Below are positions 62,007 to 64,000 of a stretch of DNA of 64,000 nt, piece after piece (position 1 is the first letter of the stretch; the number at the start of each line of letters is the position of its first letter). The notes under the pieces are model-generated. The model was not told the origin of the DNA. It made no database searches and worked only from the letters and a program-made list of their open reading frames with translations. This stretch comes from Trichosphaerium sp. ATCC 40318 (Eukaryota; Protista; Tubulinea): assembly GCA_038496445.1 (NCBI GenBank), contig JALMLS010000466.1, forward strand, positions 806,001 to 870,000, given 5' to 3'. A program made the translations under genes and the position numbers.

Positions 62007-64000
62007 ATGAGTCTTTTGTTTACTGGAGTGTCTAGATTAGGCCTACGCGCCAATAGACAAAGAACTGCAGTCGCTACTTCAGCGACTAGCAGTTCGCTTT
62101 CCTCCTCGCGGCACCACATTGGAGGTGTTACGAAACCAACAAAGTTCAAGACTTGGACAACTAGGCCAACCTTTTCGATTAGAGGATATTCTTCAGGTAT
62201 TATAGCGAAACGCGCTTTAAACTAACTATGGGTACACTAGCTGGGCAATTTTCGGAGCAAGAAGCAAGCATGGTTACTGCTGCTTGGCAAGGAGATTTAG
62301 AGGCGGTACGGCGTTAGAAACTCATAGGAGCTTATTCGCAAAAGGTTAAAGCAGCGATTGAAAAAGGCGTTAACGTTAATGGAAGTGATTACGACGGTAG
62401 AACAGCGTTGCATCTTGCTTGCGCTGGGGTACGTTTTTACAGAATCTCGACGCAGATGATTGAATTGTTTTCTTTAGGGACACATGGAGCTAGTAAAGTT
62501 TTTGGTAAAAAGTGGTGCCAAGGTTAATATAAAGGACAGATGGCACAATACACCACTTCAAGATGCTTTACTTGGCAAACACGACTCTTTGATAAAGTAA
62601 GTTCTTTTTTCAACTCGTACAGCCCAACAACTGACGCAATCGTAGGCATTTGCGTACTATGGGAGGTAGTATCTCTTCTGCACGCGCAGAGGAAATGCCA
62701 TCGCTATTTTGTGGCGCTGCAAATGAGGTACGGCTCGTTTAGTTTATTTTTTTCTAAAATGTGGTAAAAGGGCAACATCGAAGAGATGAACCGTCTCGTT
62801 GAAACAGGAGCTGAAGTTGATAAAGGTGATTACGATATGCGTACACCACTCCATTTAGCAGTTTCAGAAGGCCACGAACAGGCCGTTAAATGGCTCCTTG
62901 ATCACGGTATGATATTTTTTTTTACCTTAAGCGTAAAATTCTCTTAAATCTGCGAGTGTGCGCTAATAATTGTTAGGTGCTTCACCACAAGTTGTCGATA
63001 GATTTGGTTTTACGCCATTGATGGTAGCACAACAAAAAGAGAATTCGTAAGAGAAATATTAGGTAACCTTTAGACTCACTTTCGGCTTTGTAGAAATTTG
63101 GCAACTCTCTTAACACAACATGGCGCAGATGCAAGTGCTTATGACGTATACGCTTTCAGACATACTGCTGAATTCCGTACAACACTTGAACTCAGCTTAC
63201 CTTTAATCGCTGAAAGAGGTATACGCTATTTTTTTTTTTTTTCATTGTATTTTTCTAACATTTTAAAAATAGCTGGCTTTGACTACATCGAGGTTTGGGG
63301 TCCTACTGCTGATGGTTCTCAGTTGAAACTCTTCCAAGAATGGTTAGTATCTATTGTATAGTTAGCCTTGCTAATACTGACCGCGTTTAGCGCTTATTCT
63401 CCAGCGTATCAAACTAATATTCAAGAATTTCGTTCAACTCAAGATTCTTTCAAAGTTAAAAAAGGAGAAGGACTACTAGGTTCTGCATGGACTTTAAGTA
63501 AACCAAAGGCTTTCAAAACTATGAAAGATGCAGTATGTACTTTGTATTTTAACTGCTACATTAATGAATGATTAGAAACTTGGTAGTAGAGGCAAGACAA
63601 TTGAAGCTATTGGCATGAACTCAGGTACACTTTTAAACAAGAATTGAGCAATGTGCTCATCCTGATTTTTAGGTGTTATGATACCTGTTAAGGATCAAGG
63701 AGATGCCTATTTGGTTCTCGCTTGTTTTACTGAACTTGACACATGCGCTACTGATAAAAAGCTTGCTGCTGATTGGCCTCGCTTTAGCGTTTTCCTAAAT
63801 GGACTTATCTCTGCTGGAGTATTCAGAGAAGGTGTACGTGAAACAAGTTTTATTTTTTTATCATAATCTGACTATGTACACAATAGGAACCGGAGTTTTC
63901 TCCTTTAGCAAACAGATTTGAGTATAATATACCATCCAATCAAATGGCATCAGTATTTAGACATATTGTACAGCAAGGTGTCTTCTCACCAAGCACAGTT
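62007..64000 (+). CDS. 5' part of a mitochondrial ankyrin-repeat plus GAF-like protein, probably a large NAD-dependent glutamate dehydrogenase; runs off the window
   Basis: Transit peptide; ankyrins DYDGRTALHLAC and DYDMRTPLHLAV; GAF-like YIEVWGP...KKGEGLLGSAW...GVMIPV; terminal QMASVFRHIVQQGVFSPSTV resembles the start of Gdh2-type NAD-GDH. Confidence 0.6.

Overview
Gene-dense, AT-rich eukaryotic nuclear DNA. It uses the standard code (TAA, TAG and TGA all end genes) and has very many short spliceosomal introns, mostly about 35-60 nt, with GTAC/GTAT/GTAA donors and often AAG acceptors. The gene content suggests a phagotrophic protist, probably amoebozoan (inference). I assembled 32 protein-coding genes by hand; no rRNA, tRNA or CRISPR array was found. 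Most ORFs in the supplied track are exon fragments or antisense shadows. Highlights: (1) one gene (36409-38679, -) whose spliced product has four TM-P-TM K+ channel modules with four GYG/GFG filters, i.e. a candidate single-chain 8TM/4P potassium channel; (2) coproporphyrinogen oxidase and ferrochelatase placed head-to-head 86 bp apart, each with an oversized, self-complementary intron; (3) a minor-spliceosome (U12) intron with perfect donor and branch signals that needs AT-AA termini to keep frame, in a TAF1C/Rrn6-like gene; (4) window-wide enrichment of the palindrome CACGTG (at least 46 copies by manual count); (5) bacterial-type or feeding-related enzymes (PhoX-like surface protein, secreted chlorophyllase, amidohydrolase, beta-lactamase-family hydrolase) and an ankyrin-GAF mitochondrial protein, probably an NAD-glutamate dehydrogenase. 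Exon boundaries come from manual reading without transcript data.
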